Positions 25,475-38,946 are shown, counted from the first letter of the whole stretch. The stretch: 63,778 nucleotides of DNA, filler included, from Chiloscyllium plagiosum (GCF_004010195.1; 4 parts of one record of this genome joined end to end with filler, not necessarily neighbours in it); one strand, 5' to 3'. Program-made: numbers and translations. Notes: a model not told the origin generated them from the sequence alone.

Positions 25475-27088
25475 TCAATAGAAAGTCCTTTCATTTTAGA
25501 TAGCCCTATTGAAGACAAAATAAGTCCGATATCTACCTGGTTCACTTAGATTCCTTTTAAAAGTTCTTGTATGCCAATTTAATCACTTTCTTTAAACATA
25601 GACCTTTTGCAAAGGATAACATGAACCTGCCAAAAGTGGCACTGATAAACAAGGTATGATCAACATTCCATTAGCTGCAGTAGAACTGCCTTTTATATTC
25701 TAAATACAAGTCTTCTCGAATCAGCTAAGTTTCCAAATCCCAGTGCAGAGGAGAGAAACAGAGTTGCAACTGGTTGTAATACTTTCAGAAAACTAATACT
25801 GACAGAGTTCACATGTTAAGAGTAGCCATAGAGATGTAAAGCACGAAAACAGACCCTTCGGTCCAACCCATCCATGCCGAACAGATATCCCAACCCAATC
25901 TAGTCCCACCTGCCAGCACCCGGCCCATATCCCTCCAAACCCTTCCTATTCATCCAAATGCCTCTTAAAATGTTGCAATTAAATGTTGCCTCCACCACAT
26001 CCTCTGGCAGCTCATTTCATACACGTACCACCTTCTGCATGAAAAAGTTGCCCCTTAGATCTCTTTTGTATCTTCCCCCTCTCACCCTAAACCTATTTTA
26101 GTTCTGGACTCCCCGATGCCAGGGAAAAGACTTTGTCTATTTATCCTATCCATGCTCCTCATAATTTCATAAACCTCTAAAAGGTCACCCCTCAGCCTCC
26201 GATGCTCCAGGGAAAACCGGCCCAGCCTGTTCAGCCTCTCCCTGTAGCTCAGATCCTCCAACCCTGGCAACATCCTTATAAATCTTTTCTGAACCCTTTC
26301 AAGTTTCACAACATCTTTCCGATAGGAAGGAGACCAGAATTGCATGCAATATTCCAACAGTAGCCTAACCAGCCACAACATGACCTCACGACTCCTGTAC
26401 TCAATACTCTGACCAACAAAGGAAAACATACCAAACACCTTCTTCACTATCCTATCTACCTGTGACTCCACTTTCAAGGAGCTATGAACCTGCACTCCAA
26501 GGTCTCTTTGTTCAGCAACACTCCCTAGTCAGTTTGATAACGGAGTAAAAGGGCTTTGGCAAACACCAAACCATACTCCAGCAAGCATGTGTGCCTTGAG
26601 AAAAAAAATAGAGTATAAGAATGGAGAGAAATAAAAACACAAGAATATCTTCATTAGAAGCAAATAGCTATTTACATTGGTCAGATCACTACTTGTTCCA
26701 ACATATTTATTAACAGATTTTGTTTTATTGTCTTCTTTTGATGACACAGCTTTCTGGAAGTATTACAACCAGTTGCAACTCTGTTCCTCTCCTCTGCACT
26801 GGGATTTGGAAACTTAGCTGATTCGAGAAGACTTGTATTTAGAATATAAAAGGAAATTCTACTGCAGCTAATGTTGACCATACCTAGTTTATCAGTGCCA
26901 CTTTTGGCAGGTTCACGTTATCCTTTGCAAAAGGTCTATGTTTAAAGAAAGTGATTAAATTGGTATACAAGAACTTTTAAAAGGAATCTAAGTGACATTG
27001 CTAAAGTTATGAAGAATTTTAACCAGGTAGATACCGGACTTATTTTGTCTTCAATAGGGCTATCTAAAATGAAAGGACTTTCTATTGA
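25475..27088. repeat. Inverted duplication: arms 25475-25794 and 26748-27088, enclosing a CR1 3' fragment
   Basis: Arms are reverse complements over about 320 bp, with a few substitutions and two indels. Confidence 0.9.
25821..26528 (-). mobile_element. Young CR1 LINE 3' fragment
   Basis: ORF 26082..26495 is nearly the same as the CR1 at 22203-23000. Confidence 0.92.
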
Positions 27089-27256
27089 GATCATATAGGT
27101 CATATATTTCCATCAAAAGCACCATATTACCAACGGAGGATTTAACAGTTTCAGGGGCCAAGCATCTGGGTCAAGTTAAATCAAAATCCAGAAAAAGAAA
27201 TCTATCAGTAAGCTCCCCTCCTAGCCCCACACCACTGACTTGAAACTGTACGATCA

Positions 27257-27410
27257 TGTGCAGGTTAGGTGAATTGGCCATGCTAAATTGCCTGCAGTGT
27301 TAGGTGCAGGGGTAAATGTAGGGGAATGGGTCTGGGTGGGTTTCTCTTCGGAGGGTCGGTGTGGACTTGTTGGGCCGAAGGGCCTGTTTCCACACTGTAG
27401 GGAATTTAAT
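27257..27410 (+). mobile_element. HE1/V-SINE 3' half
   Basis: Matches 40402-40540. Confidence 0.85.
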
Positions 27411-29801
27411 TTTAAAAAATTAGTTCTCACTAAATAGAACAGATTCGATGGACTGAATAGCTTGTTTCTGCTCTATGTCTTATGGTCATACTGCTGCTGG
27501 TCAAAATCATGTAACTTATTAACAGCACTGCAAGTGTACTTGCACTCCGTGGATTGCAGCAACTCAAGCCAGCACCTCAGCACAACCTTAACAGCAATTG
27601 GGGATAGGGAATAAATACTAACCTAACCAGCAACATCCATGACATGTTAAATAGTGAAAAAAAATGGCAAACATTCATTATCTTGGTTATTAATATTACT
27701 GAAAATGCACCAGATACCCAATATCTTAGAATGTTTAGACACTTTCCCAGAAGCATGCAGTTTCAAAAAATACCATCGAGAAATAAAGAAAAAAATTACA
27801 TATCCAAAAAAGCAAGTCAAACTACAAATTTTGAAGGGCCAGATCAAAGCAAGTCCATGGCCAAAGCTGGCAGATGATTGCCATCTTTTATGCCATATTG
27901 CAACAAATGTGCCTCGAAGTTCTATAAAACTGAGGTCCTTTTCCAAGTCTCTCCTAATTCTACTGATGTGCTTCTGAGCTTGTTGGTATGTGAAAACCTG
28001 CAACAAGCATGGGGTTAAAAAACAGAAAATGCTGGCAATATTCAACGAGTCAGGTAGCATCTGCAGGAATTACTATTTCAGGTCAATGCTGTTCCAGTGA
28101 CTATATGATATGGTAAAAGACCTCACTCTCGACACTGAATCAAACTGTAACAGCGCATTGAACCTGGAACTGCTAGCACTTGCCTGGCTAAAATAAACAA
28201 ATATATTAAATGTCACTAATTCATTTTCCAGGCATTTCTAACAGTTAGACCTGAAATCATGGTTTTTAAAACTATGGTACAAATCAAACCAGCCATGTAA
28301 ATAACAAACGCTTTGAAAGATAGATTGTAAATAAAATAATTTTATAATAAATCAACAATTTTTAACAAATGTCAAATGCTCACTATCTATATCATCGAAA
28401 CACTAATGATAGTCAATAGGTCTAGATGGCAGATTTAATTCGGTAATAATTTTGCTTGGAAGCCTCGGTGCATTTGTGCAGGCAGTATTATATAGTACTT
28501 TAGAATGAAATACTAAACCACAAAAATTTTAACAGAATAAAAAGGTCAAAAAGGTCAGACCTCCTCTGTTTAATTTCATTTCCAGAGATTCTTTTTACTT
28601 TATTCTCCATCTCTTGCTAGAAAAACATCTTAGGATCTCTCAAATTAATTAATATGCTGAATTTCAATGGCCACCTGGAAGCTTATTCCACATCAGAAAT
28701 TCTTCTGCCTAATTTTAAAATTAATAATATTTAAACTGCTACTCGTTCTCAAGGAGGATCATAGGACCCAAAACATTAACTCTTCTTTCTCTCCACAGAT
28801 GATACTGGACCGGCTGAGTTATTCCAGCAATTTGTGTTTTTGTTTCCAATTTCCAGTACTCAGTTCTTTGGTTTCTCTCCTTGTTTGTTTTTTGTTGTTG
28901 ATACAATTGTTTATAAAAATTCAATGCTTTCTAAATCTCATTACGTGCTCACTCTTGCATGCTTCTATTTCTTTCGTTCAAGTTATTTGTACATACAAAA
29001 AAGGATAAGTCTGGTCTCTGGACCATTTTAGCATAACCAGAAACTCATCAAGCCAAGTTTGTTATAAAATACACATACCATACTCAATGATTTTTGAATT
29101 TCACCATTAGTTATTAACATAAACCTCATTATAATTGTGGCAGGGGGAGGAGAGACAGTGTTAGTACATTAGAGACACGTTACTTTAGCAAAAGAAACTA
29201 AGGCGGAGGGGGTTCAGACATATTGAGATTCATGAGAATGAAACCAAGCTAGATGGTTTCTAATGCTAGGGTTACGACAGATAAGGCACACAAGTCAGAG
29301 GTTGACTTGAGGAATTGTGATGCTGTTGCCAAAGATGCAGTTGAGGAGAGAGCAGGACTGACTGGCAAATCAACATTCCAGGGTATAGGATCTTCCGGCA
29401 GACAAGGGAGGGCATAAAATAGGCAGTTTTGCATTATTAATTAAGGAGTCAGTTGCTGCAGTAAGGAGAGATAATATCTTAGCAAGATCTTCAAGTAAAG
29501 CTTTGTGGGTAAACATAGGAATAAAAAGGAGGCAGTCATAGTGCAGGGAATGTTTTATAGGCTCCAAACAAACAGTAGGCAGTACAGGGACAGACATGTA
29601 GACATTACTTTGTAAAAATAATAATGGGGAGATTTCAACTTTCGGAACATTAATTGGGATAGTCATAGTGTAAAGGTTTGGGGGACAGCACAAAGGTTTT
29701 TTTGAAATATATTCAGGCGAGTTTGCCTACACGCTTAGCTTTAAAAAATGCAGTGCTGGGCCCAATTCTGGGGGATGATGTCAGACAGATGCTCAAGATG
29801 G

Positions 29802-30482
29802 CGTTATAAAGGTGCAAGGGGTACTGTACCTTTAAGAGAGTTAAAAGCTAGCAGAACTACCTGACAGCACCAAGTGTTCTGAACAAGATATAATGTAACC
29901 TTTTGGTCCAGCTGCTCAGGTAGCTGGCTATCTGGATACAAAACCAAATTTAAATGTGGCCAATCAATTTAAATTACACTCCAAAAAAACCAAAACCAAT
30001 CAAGTTTGAATTTAATATACTGACAATATGAAAAACACAACCCAATGCTTTGGGGGGTATAAAACCAGGAAAAATTGATAGAGAACTGCCAAAACACCAA
30101 CACATGTAGACTGCCCAGAAAATTAGCTCTCTTAAAAGGTACCTTTGCTGATCAGTGACCTGTGAAACAGAAATCCCGAAGAAAAGACAGAGGAAATACA
30201 AAGAGAAGATTGACAGCTGGCTGGTTTTGAAATTTGAATTTTTGGAAAATCTTAATCAGCTGTTTTATTGGACTAGTATTAGAGAAAGAAATGTAAAAAA
30301 GATAGGAAGGAGTTGTAAACAGTTGTTAGTTAACTATTCTCTGCTCTACTTTAATAAAGTTGTTACTTTGTACTTTAAATAGTTCTTGGCCTCAAGATTT
30401 TCACACATTACCATATGGAATAAATCCTATGTGTGTTGCTGGTTTAAAATTAACAAGGGGTGGGGTTTACCACGTTATAACA
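29802..30482 (+). mobile_element. Solo LTR (probably Gypsy/Ty3 type), about 680 bp
   Basis: Termini (C)GTTATA...TATAACA, flanked by the ATGG(C) duplication at 29798 and 30483. TATA-like tataaaa near 30058 and AATAAA near 30353 and 30419. Splits the host CR1. Confidence 0.75.
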
Positions 30483-31517
30483 ATGGCCATGGGAATGCAT
30501 TTTAATAATAGCAAACAGTACACTGTACCTTTTAAGTCTGATATAGAAAAGCAAAAATATGGTGTGCAAAACACGGTTTGGATTGGGGAATGGCAGTATA
30601 TGGCCAAAGGAGACTGGGAAGATCTATGAGAGGGTAAACATACAGCTGAACAGTGGGGGAGGGGAGGCAGGCGTTCATAAAGGAAATAGGGAGATTACAG
30701 GCCCAACATGTTCTCTTAAGGGGGAAATGTCGGTGCAAAGAGCCCAAAGAATCTTGGCTATGTAGGAATATTCTGGAATTGATGAGGGGGAAAAAAAGAG
30801 AGGCTTCTAACATTTACAGAAGGGAGCAAATTAACAGAGGCCCTCATTAACAGCAAGTGCAGGATGGAACTTAAAGCAATTAGGAGAACAAAGAGGGGAA
30901 TGAGGAAAAAAAATAACTGGCAGTTAAGGTTTGGGAGAATCTCAAGGTATTCTGTAAATATATCAAGAAGGAGAGAATAATAAGAGAAAGAGTTAGGATC
31001 ATTAAGGACCAAGGGGGCCAATCTGTTCATGGAACCAAAGGACATTAACAGATTGTTGAATGAGTATTCACATCTGTTTTCACTCAAGAGGAGGAGGATG
31101 TAGATAGTCCCTCTTCCTGAATTTGCTAGGAGGTTCTTGAGCAGACTGATGGAGGGAGTGAGGAGGTACAGGAGGTTTCGGCAAACTTAAAAATGGACAA
31201 ATCTCCAGGTCCAGATGAATAACATCCCAGGCTCCTGTGGGAGTCAGAGGAGATACTTACAGGGCTCTGACCCAAACTTTTAATTCCTTTCTGGTCTTAG
31301 GAGAGGTGCCAAAGAGCTGCTAATTTTGTTCCATCTTTCAAGGAGGGTGGTAGAGATAACCAGGGAATTACAGACCAGTGAGTCTCACATCATGGTAGGG
31401 AAACTACTGGGGAAAATTCTGAAAGACATTATTAATTTCCACTTGAAGAGGCAGGTTTTATCAGGGATAGTCAGCATGGATTTGTCAGAGGGAGGTCATG
31501 CCTAACAAACTTGATTG

Positions 31518-32095
31518 GAAATGTGTTGCTGGAAAAGCGCAGCAGGTCAGGCAGCATCCAGGGAACAGGAGNNNNNNNNNNNNNNNNNNNNNNNNNNNNN
31601 NNNNNNNNNNNNNNNNNNNNNNNNNNNNNNNNNNNNNNNNNNNNNNNNNNNNNNNNNNNNNNNNNNNNNNNNNNNNNNNNNNNNNNNNNNNNNNNNNNNN
31701 NNNNNNNNNNNNNNNNNNNNNNNNNNNNNNNNNNNNNNNNNNNNNNNNNNNNNNNNNNNNNNNNNNNNNNNNNNNNNNNNNNNNNNNNNNNNNNNNNNNN
31801 NNNNNNNNNNNNNNNNTGCAATCTTCTTCCCGCCCTCTCCGCCCCCACCCCAGTCTGACCTTTCACCCTCACCTTGACCTCTTTCCACCTATCACATTTC
31901 CGACACCCCTCCCCCAAGTCCCTCCTCCCTACCTTTTATCTTAGCCTGCTGGACAAACTTTCCTCATTCCTGAAGAAGGGCTTATGCCCGAAACGTCGAT
32001 TCTCCTGTTCCCTGGATGCTGCCTGACCTGCTGCGCTTTTCCAGCAACACATTTCCAGCTCTGATCTCCAGCATCTGCAGACCTCACTTTCTCCT
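31518..32095 (+). mobile_element. PLE-derived insertion with an inverted terminus and an intact hammerhead core (31970-31997); contains a 245-N gap
   Basis: 15-bp target-site duplication TAACAAACTTGATTG at 31503-31517 and 32096-32110. 31518-31571 is the reverse complement of about 32002-32055. Confidence 0.85.
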
Positions 32096-32709
32096 TAACA
32101 AACTTGATTGCCTTTTAAGAAGGTGACCAGATGTGTAGATGAGGACAGTGCAGTTGATATAGCTATAGGGTTTAAGCAAAGCCTTTGACAAGGTCTCACA
32201 TGTGAAAGAAGGTAAAAGTACGTGGGTTACTTGGCAAGTTACATTCAAATTCAGTTTTGGTGGCAGGAGATAGAGGATAGTGGTAAAAGCTGTCTGAGAG
32301 AGTGGAAGCCAGTGACGTTCCACAGGAATTAGTGTAGTGTCTTTTAGTGTTCATGATACAGACAAGCGATATAAAAGAAATTGTTGGGGGGGGGGGGGGG
32401 GGGGAGATGTGCAGCAAGATAAGGAAGTCTGTAGATGATATGAACATTGACTGAGATGTTGACAGAGAGGGCAGATGTCTTAAATTACAGGAGATAAGTA
32501 GATTGGTCCAATGTGCAGATTGGTAGCAAATGGAATTTAACCCTGAAAGCATGATTGGATGCACTTTGAGAATAGTAACAAGACAAGGCAGTACTCAATG
32601 AATGGCAGATCACTAGGAAGGTCAGAGAAACAGAGGAATCTCAAGATGTTTGTCTGCAGCCCTCAAAGCAAGATCGTTGAGGCAGCATACGACATACCTG
32701 CCTTCATCA

Positions 32710-33025
32710 GGTTCCCAAAGTGTGGAAGCAGGACATTTGGCCCACTGAGTCCACACCAACCTCCAAAGAACACCCCACCCAGACCAACAACTCGACATTT
32801 TCAATGGCTAATCCACCTAGCCTGCAAGATGGGTCATGTTAGTATGGCCAATCCACGTTACTTGCACATTTTCGGGCTATGGGAATAAACCAGAGCAGCC
32901 AGAGGAAACCCACGTAAACATAGAGAGAACCTGTAAACTCTAAAAATGCTGCCACCAAAGGTTGGAATTGAACCTGGGTCCCTAGCGCTAGTGAGGCAGC
33001 AGTGCTAACCACTGAGCCACCATGC
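32710..33025 (-). mobile_element. HE1/V-SINE (diverged)
   Basis: Reverse-complement tRNA head gcatgtggtggctcagtggttagcactgctgcctcac. Confidence 0.75.
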
Positions 33026-33489
33026 TATCTTGCTGCACAGATTATAATAGCAGTTAGGCTATATTGGAGTTATAAAGGATTTTGGTTAGGCAACACCTGG
33101 AGTATGATGTGCAGTTCACGTCACTGCATTATGGGAAGCATGTGATTGCTTTGGATGGGGCTGCAGAAGATGTTACCTGGGATGAAACAGTTTAGCTGTG
33201 AAGAGACTGATACACTCAGGCTGCTTTCTTTAGAGCAGAGAAGGCCAAGGAGGGACCCGATTGACGTTTATATGACTGGAGGTGCATGGACAGGGTGGAT
33301 TAAAAAGAACCTGTTCCCTTGAGTTGAAAAATCAATAATAGGATATAATTTTAAGGTAAAGAAAGTAGTTTTGAAGGTGGTTTCAGTAAAATGATCTTCA
33401 TCCAGAGAGTTGTGGGAATTTGAAATGCACCACCTGGGAGGGTAGCTGTGACACCAAACCTCAAACTTTAATTAAAAAAATTAAAAGGT

Positions 33490-33709
33490 TGCATAGCCAT
33501 AGTCTTACCAAAACTTACAGGTGCTTTCTCATTTGGGAGAGATAACTGGTGGTGGTTTAACCAGAGGATCACCAAGCCTCAGGTGAGGAGACAGATTGAG
33601 TGTTAGTGTTCTTCATGGTAAGCAGGGCCACTGCAGCAATTGCACCAATGCCATTGACATGACTCTGCATTGCAAACTAGCCATCCAGCCAACTGAGCTA
33701 TCCAACCCC
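33490..33709 (-). mobile_element. tRNA-derived SINE of another family
   Basis: Reverse complement begins ggggttggatagctcagttggctggatggctagtttgcaatgcagag (A-box, tRNA-like head). Confidence 0.6.
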
Positions 33710-33764
33710 AAATTCTGAGTTCAGCACTTGAAATGTCATAACATTCAAGACTACAGGACAAGCC

Positions 33765-34040
33765 AACTGCTTTTCCCCATGGTCAAGGTTTAAAAGGGAC
33801 CTGAGGGGCAACTTTTTCACGCAAAAGGGAAGTACATGTATGAAATGAGCTGTCAGTTGTGGTGGAGGTTTTTATAGCTGCAAAATTTAAAAGGCATCTG
33901 GATGGGTACGTGAATAGGAAGGGTTTAGAGGGATATGGGCCAAATGCTGTGAAATGGAACTAGACTAGGGTAGGATATCTGGTCGTCATACATGAGTCGG
34001 ACCGGCCAATCTGTTTCCACGCTGTACATCGCTATGATTT
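33765..34040 (+). mobile_element. CR1 LINE 3' end
   Basis: Matches the CR1 tail of 39200-39460. Confidence 0.8.
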
Positions 34041-34312
34041 TATAACTATTCCAATATAGCAGCATCCCATAAACACACCTTTAAGCATAAGCAAAATTCA
34101 ACAAAATAGATTTCCCTGATTTGTTGTCTCCTCTAGCCCAGGAGAAGGAATACAATATTAATCTAACAGAAAGAACACGCAAGCTTTCGCAGCAGCGGAC
34201 AGCCACATTTAGCAGCTTCAACTCCAACAACTAAAAACTAAAACCCTGGGTCTTAGAGCCTGATTCCACCCACTCATGCTTTTGTTTACTTTTAAAATAA
34301 ACCAAAAAAGTT

Positions 34313-35105
34313 ATTTGGCGAGTTTTGAGAAGATTTGTAGCTCAGGTTGAGGCTCTGGATGTAGGTTTGCTCGCTGAGCTGGAAGGTTCGGTTTCAGACG
34401 TTTCGTCAACCTACTAGGTAACATCAGTCAGCCTCCAGATGAAGCACTGGTGATATGGCCCACTTTTTATTTATGTGTTTAGGTTTCAGTTGGTGACATC
34501 ATTTCCTGTTCTTTTTCTCGGAGGGTGGTAAATGGGATCCAAGTCAACGTGTTTGCTGATAGAGTTCTGGTTGGAATGCCATACTTCTTGGAATCTTCGC
34601 GCATGTCTCTGTTTGGCATGTCCATCAAGCGAACATCAATTCACCACAAAAAGGCATGACCCACTCTCACTAGTATCTTTACATACAGGTGAGGAAGGAT
34701 ATCACTTTCACTGGGACAACACATCCATCCTAGGACAAGCCAAGCAGATTCTGGATCAGTGGTGCTGGAAGAGCACAGCAATTCAGGCAGCATCCAACAA
34801 GCAGCCAAGCAGAGACATGCGCGAGAACTCCTCGAAGCACGGTATTCCAACCAGAACTCTATCAACGAACACATTGACTCGGATCCCATTTACCAACCCC
34901 TGAGAAAAAGAAAGGAAATGACATCACCACAGGAAATGTCACCACAGGAAATGACATCACCCCAAAAGAAACTTAAACAAATAAGTAAAAAGCAGGCCAT
35001 ATCACAAGTGCTTCATCCGGAGGCTCACTGAAGATGTTCAAGTATGGTGACAAAATGTCTGAAACTGAACATTCCAGCTCAACGAGCAAACCTACATCCA
35101 AAAAC
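34313..35105 (+). mobile_element. Penelope-like element (second family) 3' fragment with inverted pLTR
   Basis: 34313-34620 is inverted relative to 34800-35105. Translation HQFTTKRHDPLSLVSLHT...WDNTSILGQAK...ARELLEARYSNQNSINEHID. Hammerhead-like motifs at about 34397-34431 (-) and 35028-35059 (+). Confidence 0.85.
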
Positions 35106-36294
35106 GATTTACTCTGCTTTCCACAGAGCAAGGCACCTGGGCACCATTTTTACAATAACTAGAATTTACAACATAAACTCTTACTACCTATTTTAGATAG
35201 ACTACTGAAAATTTCTTTACTCAAAGCTCCATTATAATAATGAGTGTTTTCATTGAGTTCAAGTTTATGAAGGCATGATAAAAAATGCCAGGTCAGTAAA
35301 GACAGTATTACAATAGTTTCATCTAAATGTAACAAAAGCATGGATTAAAAAGTTTCAACAACAGAGTAACTGAGCAGAACAAAGATGGACAAAGGGTGGA
35401 AGCAGGCAGTCTTCATGATGCAAGAGGAACTTTGTGTTAGAAGTCAAGATCAAGGTCAAATATGTCAATTTCTTTGTGTGGTAAATTTTGACAATAAAAT
35501 CTCATCCACATTTTCACATTGCTACAAGGACTCATCCCACTCCAACTGTATAATATCTACCACTCCAAGAACTCCATATCCCAAGCTATGACTTGTGTCT
35601 TCCTATCCATTGCCCGCCATACCTTCAGTTACAGTTACATCAACAGTAGCTTGGAATTCTTTTGCCAAACCTTTTCAACTCTTTTCTTCTTAGCAATCTG
35701 AAAATCTCCTCGTTATGACTCTTTCCGTCACAATCCTAATACCTTCTCCATCGGTTCAGTGCCTATTTTCCTCCAATTACATTCCAATAAGGTGACATGA
35801 AGCATTTTCCAATACTCAAGATGCTATATGAATTCATGTTTCTGTAGCTACGGTGTAATCATAAAACAAACTAGCTCTTCAGTTCTGATGAAAAAGTCAT
35901 CTCCCTGAAGCAATAAATTTCACTCCCTCCCCACAAAGACTGCCTGACTGAGAACCATCGAATGGTTAAAAGGCACTGATGGGTCTTGTAGGCCAGTATC
36001 CATAACTCTTGGCCAAGAGGACCACGCTAAGTCACAGAAACATACAAAATAGGAACAGAAGGCTATTCAACCCCTTGAGCCTGCTCAGTCATTCACTATG
36101 GTTGTGGCTGATCTCAAGAGATCAATAACCTAATCCCATCCTTTCCTCATATCCCTTGATGCCTTTAGGTGCAACAGTTATATCTATTTCCTTCTTAACA
36201 CACAAATGTTTTGGCCTCAACTAGTTTGTGGTGTGAATTCCACAGGCTCACCACTCTCTGGGTGTTATGGACCAGGCCAGGTCCCCCACCAGGT

Positions 36295-37637
36295 GTGTGC
36301 TCCTTGTAAAGTGGAGTTGCAGATAGAGAGGATAGGAGAGAAAGCGTTTGGTATGCTTTCCTTTATTGGTCAGTGCACTGAGTATAGAATTTAGGACGTC
36401 ACGTTGCAGCTGTACAAGACGTTGGTTAGACCACTCTTGGAATAGTATGCGCAGTTCTGGTGTCCCTCCCATTGGAAGGATGCTGAGAAACTTGAACGGG
36501 TTCGGAAAGATTTACAAGGATGTTGCCAGGGTTGGAGGATTTGAGCTATCGGGAGAGGCTGAATAGGCTAGGAGTGATTTCCTTGGAGCATCAGAGGCTG
36601 AGGGGTGACCTCACAGAGGTTTATAAAATCATGAGGGGCACTGATAGGATAAATAGACACAGTATTTTCCCTGGGGTGGGGGAGTCTAGAACTAGAAGGC
36701 CTGGCTTTGGGCGAGAGGCAAAGATTTCTAAAGGACCCATGGGGCACCTTTTTCACATAGAGGGTGGTGCATGTATGGAATGCGCTACCAGAGGAAATGG
36801 AAGAGGTTGGTACAATTTCAGCATTTAAAAGGTATCTGGATGGATACATGAATAGGAAGAGTTTAAGAGGCATATGGGCCAAGTGCTGGCAAATGAGACT
36901 AGATTAATTTAAGATGTCTGGTTAGCATGGGCAAGTTGGACCGAAAGGTCTGCTTCCATGTTATACATCTCTAGGACTTGAAAAATTGCAGGAAAATATC
37001 CTTGTTCCTATACTCTAACCTTCTTGCTTTGAAAGACAATATGTAGTTTGCCTTCGTTACTTTCAGCGTTGTTTAAGATAGGTGGTAAGGACAAGCCAGG
37101 GAGTTATAGACCAGTGAGCCTGATGTCAGTGGTGGGCAAATTGTTGGAGGGAATCCTGAGGGACAGGATGTACATGTATTTGGAAAGGCAAGGACTGATT
37201 AAGGATAGTCAACATGGCTTTGTGTGTGGGAAATCATGTCTCACAAACTTGATTTAGTTTTTTGAAGAAGTAACAAAGAGGATTGATGAGGGCAGAGCGA
37301 TAGATGTGATCTATATGGACTTCAGTAAGGCGTTCGACAAGGTTCCCCATGGGAAACTGGTGAGCAGGGTTAGATCTAATGGAATACAGGGAGAACTCGC
37401 CATTTGGATACAGAACTGGCTCAAAGGTAGAAGACAGAGGGTGGTGGTGGAGGGTTGCTTTTCAGACTGGAGGCCTGTGACCAGTGGAGTGCCACAAGGA
37501 TCGGTGCTGGCTCCACTACTTTTTGTCATTTATATAAATGATTTGTATGTGAGCATAAGAGGTATAATTAGTAAGTTTGCTGATGACACCAAAATTGGAC
37601 GTATGGTGGACAGCGAAGGAGGTTACCTCAGATTACA
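36295..37637 (+). mobile_element. CR1 LINE fragments (36295-36975 3' end; 37068-37637 RT core)
   Basis: PGSYRPVSLMSVVGKLLE, SQHGFVCGKSCLTNL, YMDFSKAFDKVPH, SGVPQGSVL and KFADDTK. Confidence 0.92.
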
Positions 37638-37639
37638 AA

Positions 37640-38946
37640 CTCAGCGACCCAGAATAAATTAAAGGGAGAACAACAGCGTCTGCTTGAAGCCCGCTTAAAA
37701 GCGGCTGAAACAGCATACACTGATAGACCTTCTATTATTAAATTGCAAAGGATTACGGCTCTTTGGACAGCTCTAAACACGACGCTTACTCAAAACGGCT
37801 AAGAGGGAAATATTATTTGCAAAACAAAGGTTATATGAATATGGCGACAAACCGGGTAGATACTTAGCATTTCTTGCAAAGAAAAAAAAGGCCCCTCAGA
37901 CTATTACATCTATCAAGAAAAGTACGGGTATTTTGACTCATGACCATAAAAAGATTAATGCGATCTTTAGAGAATTTTATTCTGAGTTATATAAATCGCA
38001 GGATTGTGAAGGTAGGACGAGGAGGATGCAGTCATTTTTTAAAAATTTGATCTTTCCAGGCCTAACTCCGGGACAGGTATCAGTCCTAAATGCTCCTCTA
38101 ACAGTCCAAGAAATACTTGATGCAATTAGGCAACTTCAGAGTGGTAAGGCACCGGGCCCAGATGGTTTTCAAGCTGAACTCTATAAAGAATTTACAGAAA
38201 TATTGGCTGGTCCACTTATGGACATGTATAACTATGCATATAGTCAGGGCTATCTCTCGCCTTCGCTGAAAGTGGCAAATATTTCTCTTATCCTTAAAAA
38301 AGGAAAGGATCCAGAAGATTGTACATCACATAGACCAATATCCTTGCTAAATGTAGATTTTAAAATCCTTTCTAAAACGTTAGCACTGAGACTAGAAAGG
38401 GTACTGCCACATATTATAAAGGAGGATCAGACAGGGTTTATTAAGGGCCGTAGATCATCCAATAATATTAGAAGGGTTGTGAATATGATTCAAGCCTGTC
38501 ATCAGGGAAAGATACCAGGAGGAGTAGTAGTTTCATTAGACGCAGAAAAGGCATTTGATAGGGTTGAATGGTCATATTTGTTTTACACATTGGAAAGGTT
38601 TGGCGTTGGACAGGTGTTTACCAAATGGGTCTCAACATTGTTGAATGATCCCAAAGCAGTTGTGGTTACCAATGGATTAGGTTCGGATAGCTTCAGTGTG
38701 GGTAGGGGCTGCCGTCAGGGATGTCCCCTCTCGCCATTGTTATTTACGCTAATAATTGAACCACTAGCAGAAACTATACGGGCTGATCCTAATATAACGG
38801 CCCCGAGGATTGGTACAGGTAAACATAAAATTACCCTTTATGCAGATGATGTTCTTCTATTCCTCAGTAATCCTCTGATGTCCGTACCTCGCCTAATCCA
38901 AGTTATTAATACATTTAGCGCATTCTCAGGCTATAAAATTAATTTT
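37640..38946 (+). mobile_element. L1-clade LINE ORF2 fragment (reverse transcriptase), open frame up to an assembly gap
   Basis: KAPGPDGF, RPISLLNVDFKILSK, DQTGFIKGR, SLDAEKAFDRVEW, GCRQGCPLSPLLF, LYADD and FSGYKIN; more than 1 kb without a stop. Confidence 0.93.

Larger units (their letters stand above)
29160..33450 (+). mobile_element. Long decayed CR1 LINE ORF2 (APE to RT), interrupted by a solo LTR, a PLE and a SINE
   Basis: Residual motifs GNYRPVSL, DSQHGFVRGRSCLTNL, KAFDKV and LVR.HLEY.VQF occur in order across the nested insertions. Confidence 0.75.

Noticed and set aside
31471..31944. Several ORFs of more than 110 aa
   Set aside because: They are open only because they read through a 245-N gap.
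32386..32404. G19 homopolymer
   Set aside because: Simple run inside a decayed CR1; its length is unreliable and there is no evidence of function.
35885..35915. Further CTGATGA box (a similar degenerate one lies at 28748-28777)
   Set aside because: Stem II and/or the core boxes are too decayed to count as ribozyme motifs, though probably from the same repeat family.
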